DNA from: Akkermansiaceae bacterium
GTDB taxonomy: Bacteria > Verrucomicrobiota > Verrucomicrobiia > Verrucomicrobiales > Akkermansiaceae
DNA length: 64,000 nt
Direction: 5' to 3'
NCBI GenBank assembly: GCA_044239965.1
Contig: JBIIAI010000001.1
Coordinates: forward strand, 1,190 to 65,189
In this document: piece by piece, positions 28,901 to 36,717 of the stretch
Layout: each line of letters starts with the position of its first letter
Position numbering within the stretch: position 1 is the first letter of the stretch
Program-made: the position numbers and the translations under genes
Notes under the pieces: model-generated
The model's database searches: none
Seen by the model: only the letters and a program-made list of their open reading frames with translations
Told to the model about the DNA's origin: nothing

Positions 28901-31900
28901 CATCGGCAGTGACCAATGCCGCACCCCCCGTGCGCAATGTCGACCACAGTCCCTCTGCGCCGAAACCTTGGGAGTCGATCAAAATCACCGCGCGCGTCAG
29001 TGATGCGCAAGGTCTGGGCAGTGTGCAACTGGCCTATCAGATTTGCACCGCCGGCAATTACATTCCCGCGACTTTGCCACGAACGACAGCGCAAGTGTTA
29101 GCCGATGCGAGTATTCCGCCTCCTGCGAACCCAGCCTTCGAGGACCCAGCGAATTGGACAGTGATCCCGATGACCGATGCTGGCGGACTTAATGATCAAG
29201 CGGGCGATGGCATTTTCACTGCGATCATTCCCGCGCAACCACATCGCACGCTGATTCGTTATCGCATCGTCGCAACCGATCTCACGGGAAACATCCGCAC
29301 GATACCCGCTGCCAATGACCCACGGAGAAATTTCGCGGCGTATTCGTATCATCGTGTGCCGAATTTCACAGCGGGTGGTACGACATACACTGCCGACACT
29401 CTGGACGACATTCCCGTCTATCAATTGTTGATGCGTCCGGCAGATTTCACTTCGTTGTTAGCTTACAACGGTGGTGATCAATACGCGAATAGCAGTGCCT
29501 TGAACGTGTTGAATGCTCGGCATTATGAAAACTTTCTTGGTACTATGATCGTAGGAGACCAAGTGATGGATCACACCGCGATGCGCCTGCGCGGCGGTAA
29601 CTCGCGCTATATGGGAGCGGGCAAACGCCATTTCCGATTCAATTTTCCGAAAGGTCACATGCTGCAAGCCTACGACGAGAAAGGCAACAAGTACGGCGCA
29701 AAGTGGGACTCCTTGTTATTCAATAAATTGTTCGGAAACAAGGGCGCGTATGACTTTGGACTTCCTTATGAAGTGGGCACCAAGCTCTGGGGATTGCAAG
29801 GTGTGCCGATGCCTGAGGCCACCTATGTGCACTTTCGAGTGGTGCGTGATGCCGATGAAAATCACGCCACTAACGGTGACTTTTGGGGGCTCTACCAAGC
29901 TCTCGAATTGCCCGAGGGAAAAAATTTCCTCGATGCTCGCAATTTGCCCAAGGGGAATTTTTATAAGACTACCGACTGGCAACAAAATGGTGAAATGGAC
30001 CAACGCTACCAAGCGCCGGGCGCGCCTGAGTTTGCGGAGGATTTTGATAACATTCGCTACAACATACACCAAACTACCGCGCAAAGCGACATCGAACGAT
30101 TCATCAACATGCCGCTTTGGTATAAATACAACGCGGTTCAGGAAGCGATCCGGCACTACGATATTTTCACCGAACCGACAGGTCGGCACCGGGTGAAAAA
30201 TTTGATCTGGTATTTTCATCCAACGGAAAATTCGAACGGACTCGGTCAACTTTGGTATATGCCCTACGATTGGGATGCATCGTTCGGGCCGAACTGGAAT
30301 AGCGGCTGGGATAATACGCACAATGCGATTTACAATCACGATGCCATTACCGATTCGCCAACTTGGCAATTGCCGATGGCCAATCGCGATCCGATGAAAA
30401 TCGCTCACCGCAATGCGATCCGCGAGTTTCGTGATCTCGTGTGGTATCGAGAACCTTCGACCGGGCGTGGGCCTTTCGACGACATCATCGATGATGCGAT
30501 GGCACCGATCGCGCAGTTCTATCAAGCCGACATGGCGCGCTGGCCGAATAATGCGGGCGCTGCGGCGTATTGGCCCGGTGGTGCTCCGGCGAAAGTCCAG
30601 GACATGAAAAATTTCTCATTCGTGAGTTGGTCCGATCCCTTTGGTGGCGACCCAGCTGTGGGGTCTGGTGGTCGTGCCGCGCACTTGGATGCCATCAGCG
30701 ATGCGATCGATAGCGGCTTGCTCCCAAGCACTCCGACGATCACTTACAATGGAGCACCAAGTTTTCCTGTCGATGGACTTGCTTTCGCGAGCTCTGCATT
30801 TGCCGATCCCCAAGGGTCTAACACATTTCAAGCAATGCAATGGCGCATCGGCGAAGTGACCGATGCCAATGCTCCCGCATACGATCCTCTTGCGGATCGG
30901 ATCTACGAAGTCACACCCGTGTGGGAAAGTGGCACACGTACCAGTTTTGCGAGCACTCAATTGATCCCCGGGGCGGCATTGCGCGTGGGGCATAGTTATC
31001 GTGCACGAGTCCGTCATCAAGATAGCTCGGGCCGCTGGAGTCACTGGAGCGCGCCGGTTTCGTTTACGACCACGATTTCGAATTACGTCGAGATTCTGAA
31101 ACAGAATTTGATGATTTCAGAAATCATGTATCATCCCGATGTACCCAGTGCGGCTGAGGCCGCGGCGGGATTTGTGGAGTCAGATTTTGAATACATCGAG
31201 TTGCTCAACATATCGCCAAGCCTCACGCTTGATCTCACCAATGTGCGCTTCACCAAGGGTATTGATTTTGATTGGGCCTTTGCCCCGATCACTTCACTTG
31301 CTCCGGGACAGCGTGTTTTGATCGTGAAAAAACAAGCGGCATTCGTGATGCGATACGGAGTGGCTTCAGTCCCGATCGTTGGCGAGTGGGATTCGTTAGA
31401 TAGTTTGTCGAACAACGGCGAGCAGCTGAAGTTGTCCTATGGTGCTGGCGTAGCGATCCACGATTTTGTCTATGATGACTTGGCACCTTGGCCGACCGCT
31501 GCGGATACAGGATTTTATTCGTTAGTGTTGTTTGATCCCATGAGTGCACCCAACCATGGAGTTGCCATCAACTGGCGAGCAAGCTATGTGATCAAAGGCA
31601 CACCTGGCAGTAGTGAGTTCACATCCTACGCGGAGTGGGCTGCTCATTGGACTCTCAGCGACCCCGCAGGTGATCCTGATGGCGATGCTGTGGCCAATCG
31701 ACTGGAATACATCCTCGGCGGCGATCCCACAGAAAACGATGTGGGTATTTTGCCTAAACCTTCGCGGGAAGGTGCGAATCTTGTTTTAGAGTTTCAGCGG
31801 CGAGATGGAGCTGAATGGGGTGAAATGCTGATGCTTCAGAGCAGCTCGAATCTCTCCTCATGGCCACTTGCCAGTGAGGTTTTGCTAGGTTCATCTTCGG

Positions 31901-32031
31901 TTGCGGCGGGCGAGTTGGCCCATGGGATCAGTTATACCATTGAAGAAAATGGCACGGAACCTGATGACATTCGTGTCACGATTCCGATCCTCGATGCGCG
32001 CAGGTTTTGGAGATTGCAAACCAGCTGGTAA
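25957..32031 (+). CDS. large secreted multidomain protein: Ig-like repeats, LamG-like, cadherin-like, lamin-tail (LTD), CotH kinase-like, second LTD, C-terminal DxDxDG module
   Basis: The ORF opens at 25897, but the ATG at 25957 gives the signal peptide MNATRSIVFATLACLFFSLCAQAG.
- LamG-like region from about 26260 (LKHRWSFNEGSGN...WQRVFDFG...YKNG...NEFRIWNRSMS).
- LTD 1 from about 27820 (IHEINYNPS...EFIELFNPTSAAIDLSSWRL).
- CotH-like core around 29350-30600 (MRLRGGNSRYMGAGKRHFRFNFPKG at 29581).
- LTD 2 from about 31108 (ISEIMYHPD...FEYIELLNISPSLTLDLTNVRF).
- The tail begins DPDGDAVANRLEYILGGDP at 31672. Confidence 0.8.
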   Translation: MNATRSIVFATLACLFFSLCAQAGIVSFTASRETFLPGQQVVLSWDVTAGDAISISPSVGTVSGTTGSVTVVPTADTTYLLTNATSGTTASVSLSMHKAATLKHRWSFNEGSGNTVIDSVAAVNGVIVPSSSTIPANQHSRSASMVTLPGGSSGTRPYIDLPNTSMSGLEEVTIEGWMTPIQPSGTNTRIWQRVFDFGTGTAGEVNSRGGTFSGVSYLFLALQNGTNTGVKVPGIRDDSTEQNISIADAIGYGAEFHFAYVYDLDGNAGSPQIRYYKNGVLMTSLNTPHLLTGIPFDNVWLGRSNWSADSNTQASYNEFRIWNRSMSAERVADNAAAGADAFPTSVSIDSLTAFPALTIESGQTARLSYVIANPSGGSFTASINQGVGAVTGTEGFVSVTPTATTTYTLSVTAGAITRTANVTVTVTPGSHPAAENLSYQIPHNTTTAARMVANDYQTNSLSYSIVTPPANGVLSGTAPFYFYTPNAGFAGVDSFTYKANDGGLDSNTATVTLTVLPAPVAPTAVTASDSVIYTDAVNGSFITRLRTTDGNPDDTFSYALVNGVGDTHNAWFILNQHQLLSARNFSLDSGVAVSIRVRVTDSASNSFEQVLTFSVSPRPQTVMIHEINYNPSRNTQASEFIELFNPTSAAIDLSSWRLANAVDYLFPVGTTIPANGYLVIAENPAVIQSMYVVASLGPWTGGLSSQGESIELRNALGNVVDSVDFGNSAPWPTAPNGDGASLELVNGTFDNNVGGAWSASTSVIASQTYLSAGSAGWQYFKGTSEASTPMTAWRAESFNDSAWTSATMPLGIFKINSDTPSSFNAETGVTLATQINDMATFNGSSFTAAYNSVFLRKNFTVTGAIPRALVLRVMRNDAAIVYINGTEVARFGFSPDAPAEPAYNSTAIYERANDPWSDILWLNPGTLLHQGTNTMAIHAYAKPPQLRANQEDVGVYRIFDFCVDADLRTPAEMIGTPGAANSSAVTNAAPPVRNVDHSPSAPKPWESIKITARVSDAQGLGSVQLAYQICTAGNYIPATLPRTTAQVLADASIPPPANPAFEDPANWTVIPMTDAGGLNDQAGDGIFTAIIPAQPHRTLIRYRIVATDLTGNIRTIPAANDPRRNFAAYSYHRVPNFTAGGTTYTADTLDDIPVYQLLMRPADFTSLLAYNGGDQYANSSALNVLNARHYENFLGTMIVGDQVMDHTAMRLRGGNSRYMGAGKRHFRFNFPKGHMLQAYDEKGNKYGAKWDSLLFNKLFGNKGAYDFGLPYEVGTKLWGLQGVPMPEATYVHFRVVRDADENHATNGDFWGLYQALELPEGKNFLDARNLPKGNFYKTTDWQQNGEMDQRYQAPGAPEFAEDFDNIRYNIHQTTAQSDIERFINMPLWYKYNAVQEAIRHYDIFTEPTGRHRVKNLIWYFHPTENSNGLGQLWYMPYDWDASFGPNWNSGWDNTHNAIYNHDAITDSPTWQLPMANRDPMKIAHRNAIREFRDLVWYREPSTGRGPFDDIIDDAMAPIAQFYQADMARWPNNAGAAAYWPGGAPAKVQDMKNFSFVSWSDPFGGDPAVGSGGRAAHLDAISDAIDSGLLPSTPTITYNGAPSFPVDGLAFASSAFADPQGSNTFQAMQWRIGEVTDANAPAYDPLADRIYEVTPVWESGTRTSFASTQLIPGAALRVGHSYRARVRHQDSSGRWSHWSAPVSFTTTISNYVEILKQNLMISEIMYHPDVPSAAEAAAGFVESDFEYIELLNISPSLTLDLTNVRFTKGIDFDWAFAPITSLAPGQRVLIVKKQAAFVMRYGVASVPIVGEWDSLDSLSNNGEQLKLSYGAGVAIHDFVYDDLAPWPTAADTGFYSLVLFDPMSAPNHGVAINWRASYVIKGTPGSSEFTSYAEWAAHWTLSDPAGDPDGDAVANRLEYILGGDPTENDVGILPKPSREGANLVLEFQRRDGAEWGEMLMLQSSSNLSSWPLASEVLLGSSSVAAGELAHGISYTIEENGTEPDDIRVTIPILDARRFWRLQTSW

Positions 32032-32402
32032 ACGAGCGTTGTGGTTTGGCATTTCCCTAGTTCTTTGGCTTATTGTATGCAAAAACTGATGTATTTTGCA
32101 CCAAATCGAACCTTTAGATGAATTCTGTGCTGATGATTGCCTCAAGTTTTTTAGTGCGCAAAATCACAATTTTAATACGCAAAATCAAATTCCATTTCTC
32201 CAAAAGTGGTATATACTTCGTATGCGTGTGTGAGAAAGGCTTCTTCGAGGCTTCCATTCCGAGCAAAACCCCAAACATGATCTGTAAAAAATGCCATCTA
32301 TGATGGGATTTTCGAGATCATGCCAAAACGAGTGTCTTGCCAAAATGGAAGCGCAAAGAGCTCCATCGCCCGCGCACGTTTCCAAACCCATCGTCCACGA
32401 AA

Positions 32403-35400
32403 ATGAAAAATCCGCAGTTGGTTCAAACCTCGAAACGAGGGTTCACTCTCATCATTACCATCAGCTTGCTGGTCTTGCTGACGATGGTAGCAGTGGGCGT
32501 CTTATCGCTTTCTTCCGTGACCTTGCGTGCTTCGAATCAAGGCAATGCCAGCGCTGTCGCACGGGCGAATGCACGACTGGCGTTGATGCTCGCGATTGGT
32601 GATTTGCAAGTGACGATGGGCCCTGACCGAGCTGCCACGGGAAAAGCTGGTTCATTGTTTCCCGATAGTCCACGACAGCATTTGTTAGGCGCATGGCAGG
32701 GTTTTGGATGGCAAGCGCCGAGTGGCCTAGCGCCCGCCCCTAGCGAGAAACAACAAAAATTTTCGCGTTGGCTTACCTCTGTCAGCGATCAAACCGCGCG
32801 CTATGACCTCAACTACGGCAGCACTGGCTCTGCAGCGGATGAAGTGTTTCTGATCAATTCTCAGACGAGTGGCACCTTGCCGAACAGGAATCCGGAATGG
32901 AAAGCGGAGCGACTCCCTTTGCGGGTGGGCAATCAAATCGGTGGCTTGGCTTATGGCGTGATGGATGAGACCATGAAGCTACCCATCAATATGGAAGATC
33001 AAGAGGCGGGAAATGCCATGGATAATTACGCACATCGCTTAGTTCCTCCCTCAACGCGACCCGAAGTGATTGATCCTGATTTTACATGGCAAAATCCCGA
33101 GGGTCTAATCTCACTACCCACAGCATCGTTGGCCTTGGCGAAAAAGTCTGAATCCTTTGCCGCACGCCAGCAGGATCTCAGCATCGGCTCCTACGGGTTG
33201 CTGACCGACCCCGTGAGTGGTGGCCTCAAAATTGATCTTACACCGTTGATGGAAGGCACGGCTGGCGCGAATATCACCAGTGTCACTGGCTCAACTACTC
33301 CATACTACAGCGTCACAGATGGCGCGCCTACTTGGGACTACTTGCGCAGCTACTACCAACTCTATAAACGCACCATCACCCCAGGCGCACCGAGCGTGCG
33401 TCTAACCACTTCCAATGAATTGCGCCCCAGTTCGGTTGGGCTAAAGCCATCCCCAGCCACGGCCTCATTGCTGCCTGTGATTGCCAAGCTCCAGATCATG
33501 TTCTCGATGGTTTCTCACCATCACCACATTGGCGACCGTATCCAATTTCACAATGAAAAAGCCGTGCCGCCAGGCAATACCAATCACGCTGTGCCTCACC
33601 TCGTTTATGAACCAATCATCACGCTCTATAATCCGTATGATGTCTCTCTCGAGTTTACCTCCTTGCGCGTGCGCATTTCTGATCCTCCCGTGGGTTTTCA
33701 ATTTCAAAAGCACGATATCGCAAAGGGCACCAATCCATGGTATCGTCAAGAATTCGCCAATGGTGAATACCACAGTCTCGCGCGCTTTCAGATCGCCAAT
33801 GAGAAAAACAATTCCGCACGAAAATTTTTCACCTATCACTTGAAAAACAAAAGCACTTCTGGAACTCCGGGCGGAACACTCAAGCTACTGCCCGGTGAAG
33901 TTCGCGTTTTCTCAGCCTACGTTGAAAAAAATTGGACATGGGGCATGGAGACATCGGGTGGTTACACACCGCGCGCATTCTTTGACTGGAATGCAGGGGA
34001 GGACTTGGGCAATATCGACCGCCGCAGTAGCAACCAGTTTGGCTTGGATGCGATTCCCGGCGTCGATTTCCGTGCTGGATTGCAAACCGATCACATGAGC
34101 TATGGTGGCGGCCGTCCAGCCGATTCGCGCTACGACTTTGAGGTCGCCAACAACTGGGGCGGTGGATTTCTTTCGATGAGGCTCACCGATGAAGTCACCG
34201 TGAACGCCCGCGCGCAACGCTGCGTCACAGACCCATCTCTTCCTGATTTCCGAGTTGATTTGTTGGCTGGTGTGAATACAGCAGCTACGGGCGATATTCT
34301 GCGCACCTATGATTTTCGTTTTGCCAATCCTGCAACCGAGCTCGGCTTGACCACCACCATCACAAGGCGTTTTCGCAATGCAGACATCTTGCAAAGTCCC
34401 GCTGACAAAACACCAGGCGGGAAAAGTCCCTTTGCGATTTTAACCATGTCGGCGAAGACCACTCGCGATGTTCGTGACGATAGCAAAGCATGGCTGCAGA
34501 ACAATTTTGCTACGGAAGGCGCATCTCAGCAAACTACCAAAGTGGGCGCAGCGGTACAAAGTTACGATGTTCGCTTGCAGGAAGTGACCAGCTACAATCA
34601 GTTTCCCGGCGTTGAGATCGACCCGAGCACGGATCGTGGATTTTATGGTGCTCGTCCTACCTCGCGCGATGGTGTCTCCGTGGTGCCGATGTATCGTGTT
34701 CCTGTTCAGCCTGCTGCTTCGTTGGGCGCGTGGATTGCTGGAAACTTAGTGACCAGCTCGCTGTTTCCGCGCGTTAATTATCCGTTAGGAAATTCCTTTG
34801 CCCATCCGATGTTGCCTTCGGGCGCGATTACTCAATCATCACCCATGGGAGGCAGTCAAAAATTGTTAGATCACAGCTATCTCATGAATGCAAGCTTGTG
34901 GGATCGCTACTTTTTCTCAAGTGCCACCGACAACAACAGTGTGATGTTTGCCGACAAGCGTTCGCGTAGCGTGGTGCTCAACGATTTCTTTGCACAAAGA
35001 AAACCGATGTTGAACAATCGCTTGGTGGCAGTGCGTGGTGATGAGTCGGCAGAAAATCTAGCATCACGGGTGGCCGCTATGGACTCGAAGACCCAGGCGC
35101 AGCAGTTCGCTCAATTTGCGATGATCAAAAATCCTTTCAACGTCAATAGTGATTCGGTCGATGCTTGGCGCGGAGTTCTCTCTTCCTTACGCGATCACGA
35201 CGTGATGGGCTGGAACAATAGCACATTCTCTTCGCCTGAAAAAACGGCATTTTCGCGAGTGGGTGTGCCCGTGGCTGGTTCTTCTGATGACCCGAATCCG
35301 AACAATTCCGTGAATGCGCAAGGTCAGTTGCGCTGGGCTGGATATCGTGCACTCACCGACAAGCAGATTGAAGAATTGGCCCAGCAGATTGTCTTGCAAA

Positions 35401-35963
35401 TCCGTGAACGTGCGAAGGCTGATAAGGCTCCATCTTTGTCACTAGGTGATTTTGTCAATCGTCGCATCGGCAGCGATAACGATCTGCATGCCTTGAAAGG
35501 AATCTTGCAAACGGCAATTGATCAGACAGATATCAATAGTCGAAACCACAACTTGGATTCGATCAATCTCGCCGATCCTATTGGCAATCGTGGCACAGCA
35601 GTGGCCAATCGTGCCGCACTGCGCGGCAACAGTGCCGATGGTGCTCCCTCGATCCTCACGCAAGGGGATTTGATGACGGCATTGGCGCCGATCATCACGG
35701 TGCGTGGCGATACCTTCACCGTCCGCGCCTATGGCGAATCACGCTCGGTGGATGGCAATACTGTTCTGGCTCGTACATGGTGTGAGGCGACGGTGCAACG
35801 CACTGTCGATTATGTCGATCGCACCAATGCTCCCGTCGATCGTGACCTCAGTCTGACCAATATTGGTAAGACAGGCTTGAAAGATCTCAGTCTCACCAAT
35901 AAGGTCTTTGGCCGTCGTTTGGTAATCACTTCATTCCGCTGGCTGAACGCTGCGGAAATCTAA
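32403..35963 (+). CDS. large pseudopilin/PilX-N-like anchored protein, Verru_Chthon cassette protein A-like
   Basis: The ORF opens at 32337 on TTG. The ATG at 32403 gives MKNPQLVQTSKRGFTLIITISLLVLLTMVAVGVLSLSSVTLRASNQGNASAVARANARLAL. This is a prepilin/PilX-like N-terminal hydrophobic helix without the conserved Glu5, followed by about 1100 aa with no motif I recognise. Size and N-terminus match my recollection of TIGRFAM Verru_Chthon cassette protein A. This is unverified. Confidence 0.55.
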   Translation: MKNPQLVQTSKRGFTLIITISLLVLLTMVAVGVLSLSSVTLRASNQGNASAVARANARLALMLAIGDLQVTMGPDRAATGKAGSLFPDSPRQHLLGAWQGFGWQAPSGLAPAPSEKQQKFSRWLTSVSDQTARYDLNYGSTGSAADEVFLINSQTSGTLPNRNPEWKAERLPLRVGNQIGGLAYGVMDETMKLPINMEDQEAGNAMDNYAHRLVPPSTRPEVIDPDFTWQNPEGLISLPTASLALAKKSESFAARQQDLSIGSYGLLTDPVSGGLKIDLTPLMEGTAGANITSVTGSTTPYYSVTDGAPTWDYLRSYYQLYKRTITPGAPSVRLTTSNELRPSSVGLKPSPATASLLPVIAKLQIMFSMVSHHHHIGDRIQFHNEKAVPPGNTNHAVPHLVYEPIITLYNPYDVSLEFTSLRVRISDPPVGFQFQKHDIAKGTNPWYRQEFANGEYHSLARFQIANEKNNSARKFFTYHLKNKSTSGTPGGTLKLLPGEVRVFSAYVEKNWTWGMETSGGYTPRAFFDWNAGEDLGNIDRRSSNQFGLDAIPGVDFRAGLQTDHMSYGGGRPADSRYDFEVANNWGGGFLSMRLTDEVTVNARAQRCVTDPSLPDFRVDLLAGVNTAATGDILRTYDFRFANPATELGLTTTITRRFRNADILQSPADKTPGGKSPFAILTMSAKTTRDVRDDSKAWLQNNFATEGASQQTTKVGAAVQSYDVRLQEVTSYNQFPGVEIDPSTDRGFYGARPTSRDGVSVVPMYRVPVQPAASLGAWIAGNLVTSSLFPRVNYPLGNSFAHPMLPSGAITQSSPMGGSQKLLDHSYLMNASLWDRYFFSSATDNNSVMFADKRSRSVVLNDFFAQRKPMLNNRLVAVRGDESAENLASRVAAMDSKTQAQQFAQFAMIKNPFNVNSDSVDAWRGVLSSLRDHDVMGWNNSTFSSPEKTAFSRVGVPVAGSSDDPNPNNSVNAQGQLRWAGYRALTDKQIEELAQQIVLQIRERAKADKAPSLSLGDFVNRRIGSDNDLHALKGILQTAIDQTDINSRNHNLDSINLADPIGNRGTAVANRAALRGNSADGAPSILTQGDLMTALAPIITVRGDTFTVRAYGESRSVDGNTVLARTWCEATVQRTVDYVDRTNAPVDRDLSLTNIGKTGLKDLSLTNKVFGRRLVITSFRWLNAAEI

Positions 35964-35975
35964 CAGAAAATTTTT

Positions 35976-36704
35976 ATGCGTAATTTCTTTTTCTCCCTTT
36001 TCTCAATCGCTCTTCTGCCTCTCTCTTTGGTGAGTGCCCAAAATGCCGTGCCGGGCGCGCGTCAAGTGCAGTTGCGCTTGCTGTCGTTTTACTCCGAATC
36101 CGCCATGCCCGAGCTCTATGCTCACAATGCGCAAAACCCCGAGAAGGGCGTTGGCATCTTGACGCCACTGAAAAATTACCTTAACCACGAATCGGTGACG
36201 GTGAGTTTGACTAGCGATTCGATGTTGTTCACCGCCAGTGCGCAAGCACCGAAGCCAGATCAGGTGTTGGCGAAGGTGACCTTGCCCGCGAAAGGCACTC
36301 AGTTCATGCTGGTGTTTTTTCCTGGCGAAACAAAAGGCTCCTTCCGCGTGATGGCGCTCGATGATAGTCGCAAAGCATTTCCGTTAGGTTCCTTCCGTGT
36401 AATGAATCTGGCTCGTAGCAATGTGCGCCTTACCCTAGAGACGACCAACTACGATTTCACCCCTGGCAAGGAAATCATCATTGAGGATCCACCCGTCAAA
36501 GATAACAACCACAGTGGCATGTATTGCTTCGCGCAAATCAGCGGCAAGTGGGAGCGCATCGGCTCAGGCCTGTGGCCGCATCCGGGAACCAAACGCGATG
36601 TGCAGTTCTTCTTTGAAAATCCTCAGACCAAGTTGATCGAGTTGCGTGGTTTCCGCGACATCTCACCGCCGAGCGCCACGCCACCACCCGTGGTGACTCC
36701 TTGA
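35976..36704 (+). CDS. secreted hypothetical protein, probably co-transcribed with the cassette-A-like gene
   Basis: 242 aa. Signal peptide MRNFFFSLFSIALLPLSLVSAQN, a beta-rich body and a Pro-rich tail PPSATPPPVVTP. The start is 12 nt after the upstream stop. Confidence 0.6.
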   Translation: MRNFFFSLFSIALLPLSLVSAQNAVPGARQVQLRLLSFYSESAMPELYAHNAQNPEKGVGILTPLKNYLNHESVTVSLTSDSMLFTASAQAPKPDQVLAKVTLPAKGTQFMLVFFPGETKGSFRVMALDDSRKAFPLGSFRVMNLARSNVRLTLETTNYDFTPGKEIIIEDPPVKDNNHSGMYCFAQISGKWERIGSGLWPHPGTKRDVQFFFENPQTKLIELRGFRDISPPSATPPPVVTP

Positions 36705-36717
36705 TTTTCCTGCAAGA

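Noticed and set aside
29716-30525. A 269-aa minus-strand ORF and a 148-aa plus-strand ORF (29750-30196) overlapping the CotH-domain region.
   Set aside because: They lie inside the 6-kb CDS, which carries clear CotH and LTD motifs in its own frame. The alternative translations are Arg/Ile-rich with no motifs.
32118-32303. A 61-aa ORF (and 32185-32391 on the minus strand) in the long AT-rich region upstream of the cassette-A-like gene, considered as a missing pseudopilin gene.
   Set aside because: The translation (MNSVLMIASSFLVRKITILIRKIKFHF...) has no prepilin motif (G-F-T-L-x-E) and no signal peptide. It reflects AT-rich non-coding composition, and the repeats in it are better explained as regulatory DNA.
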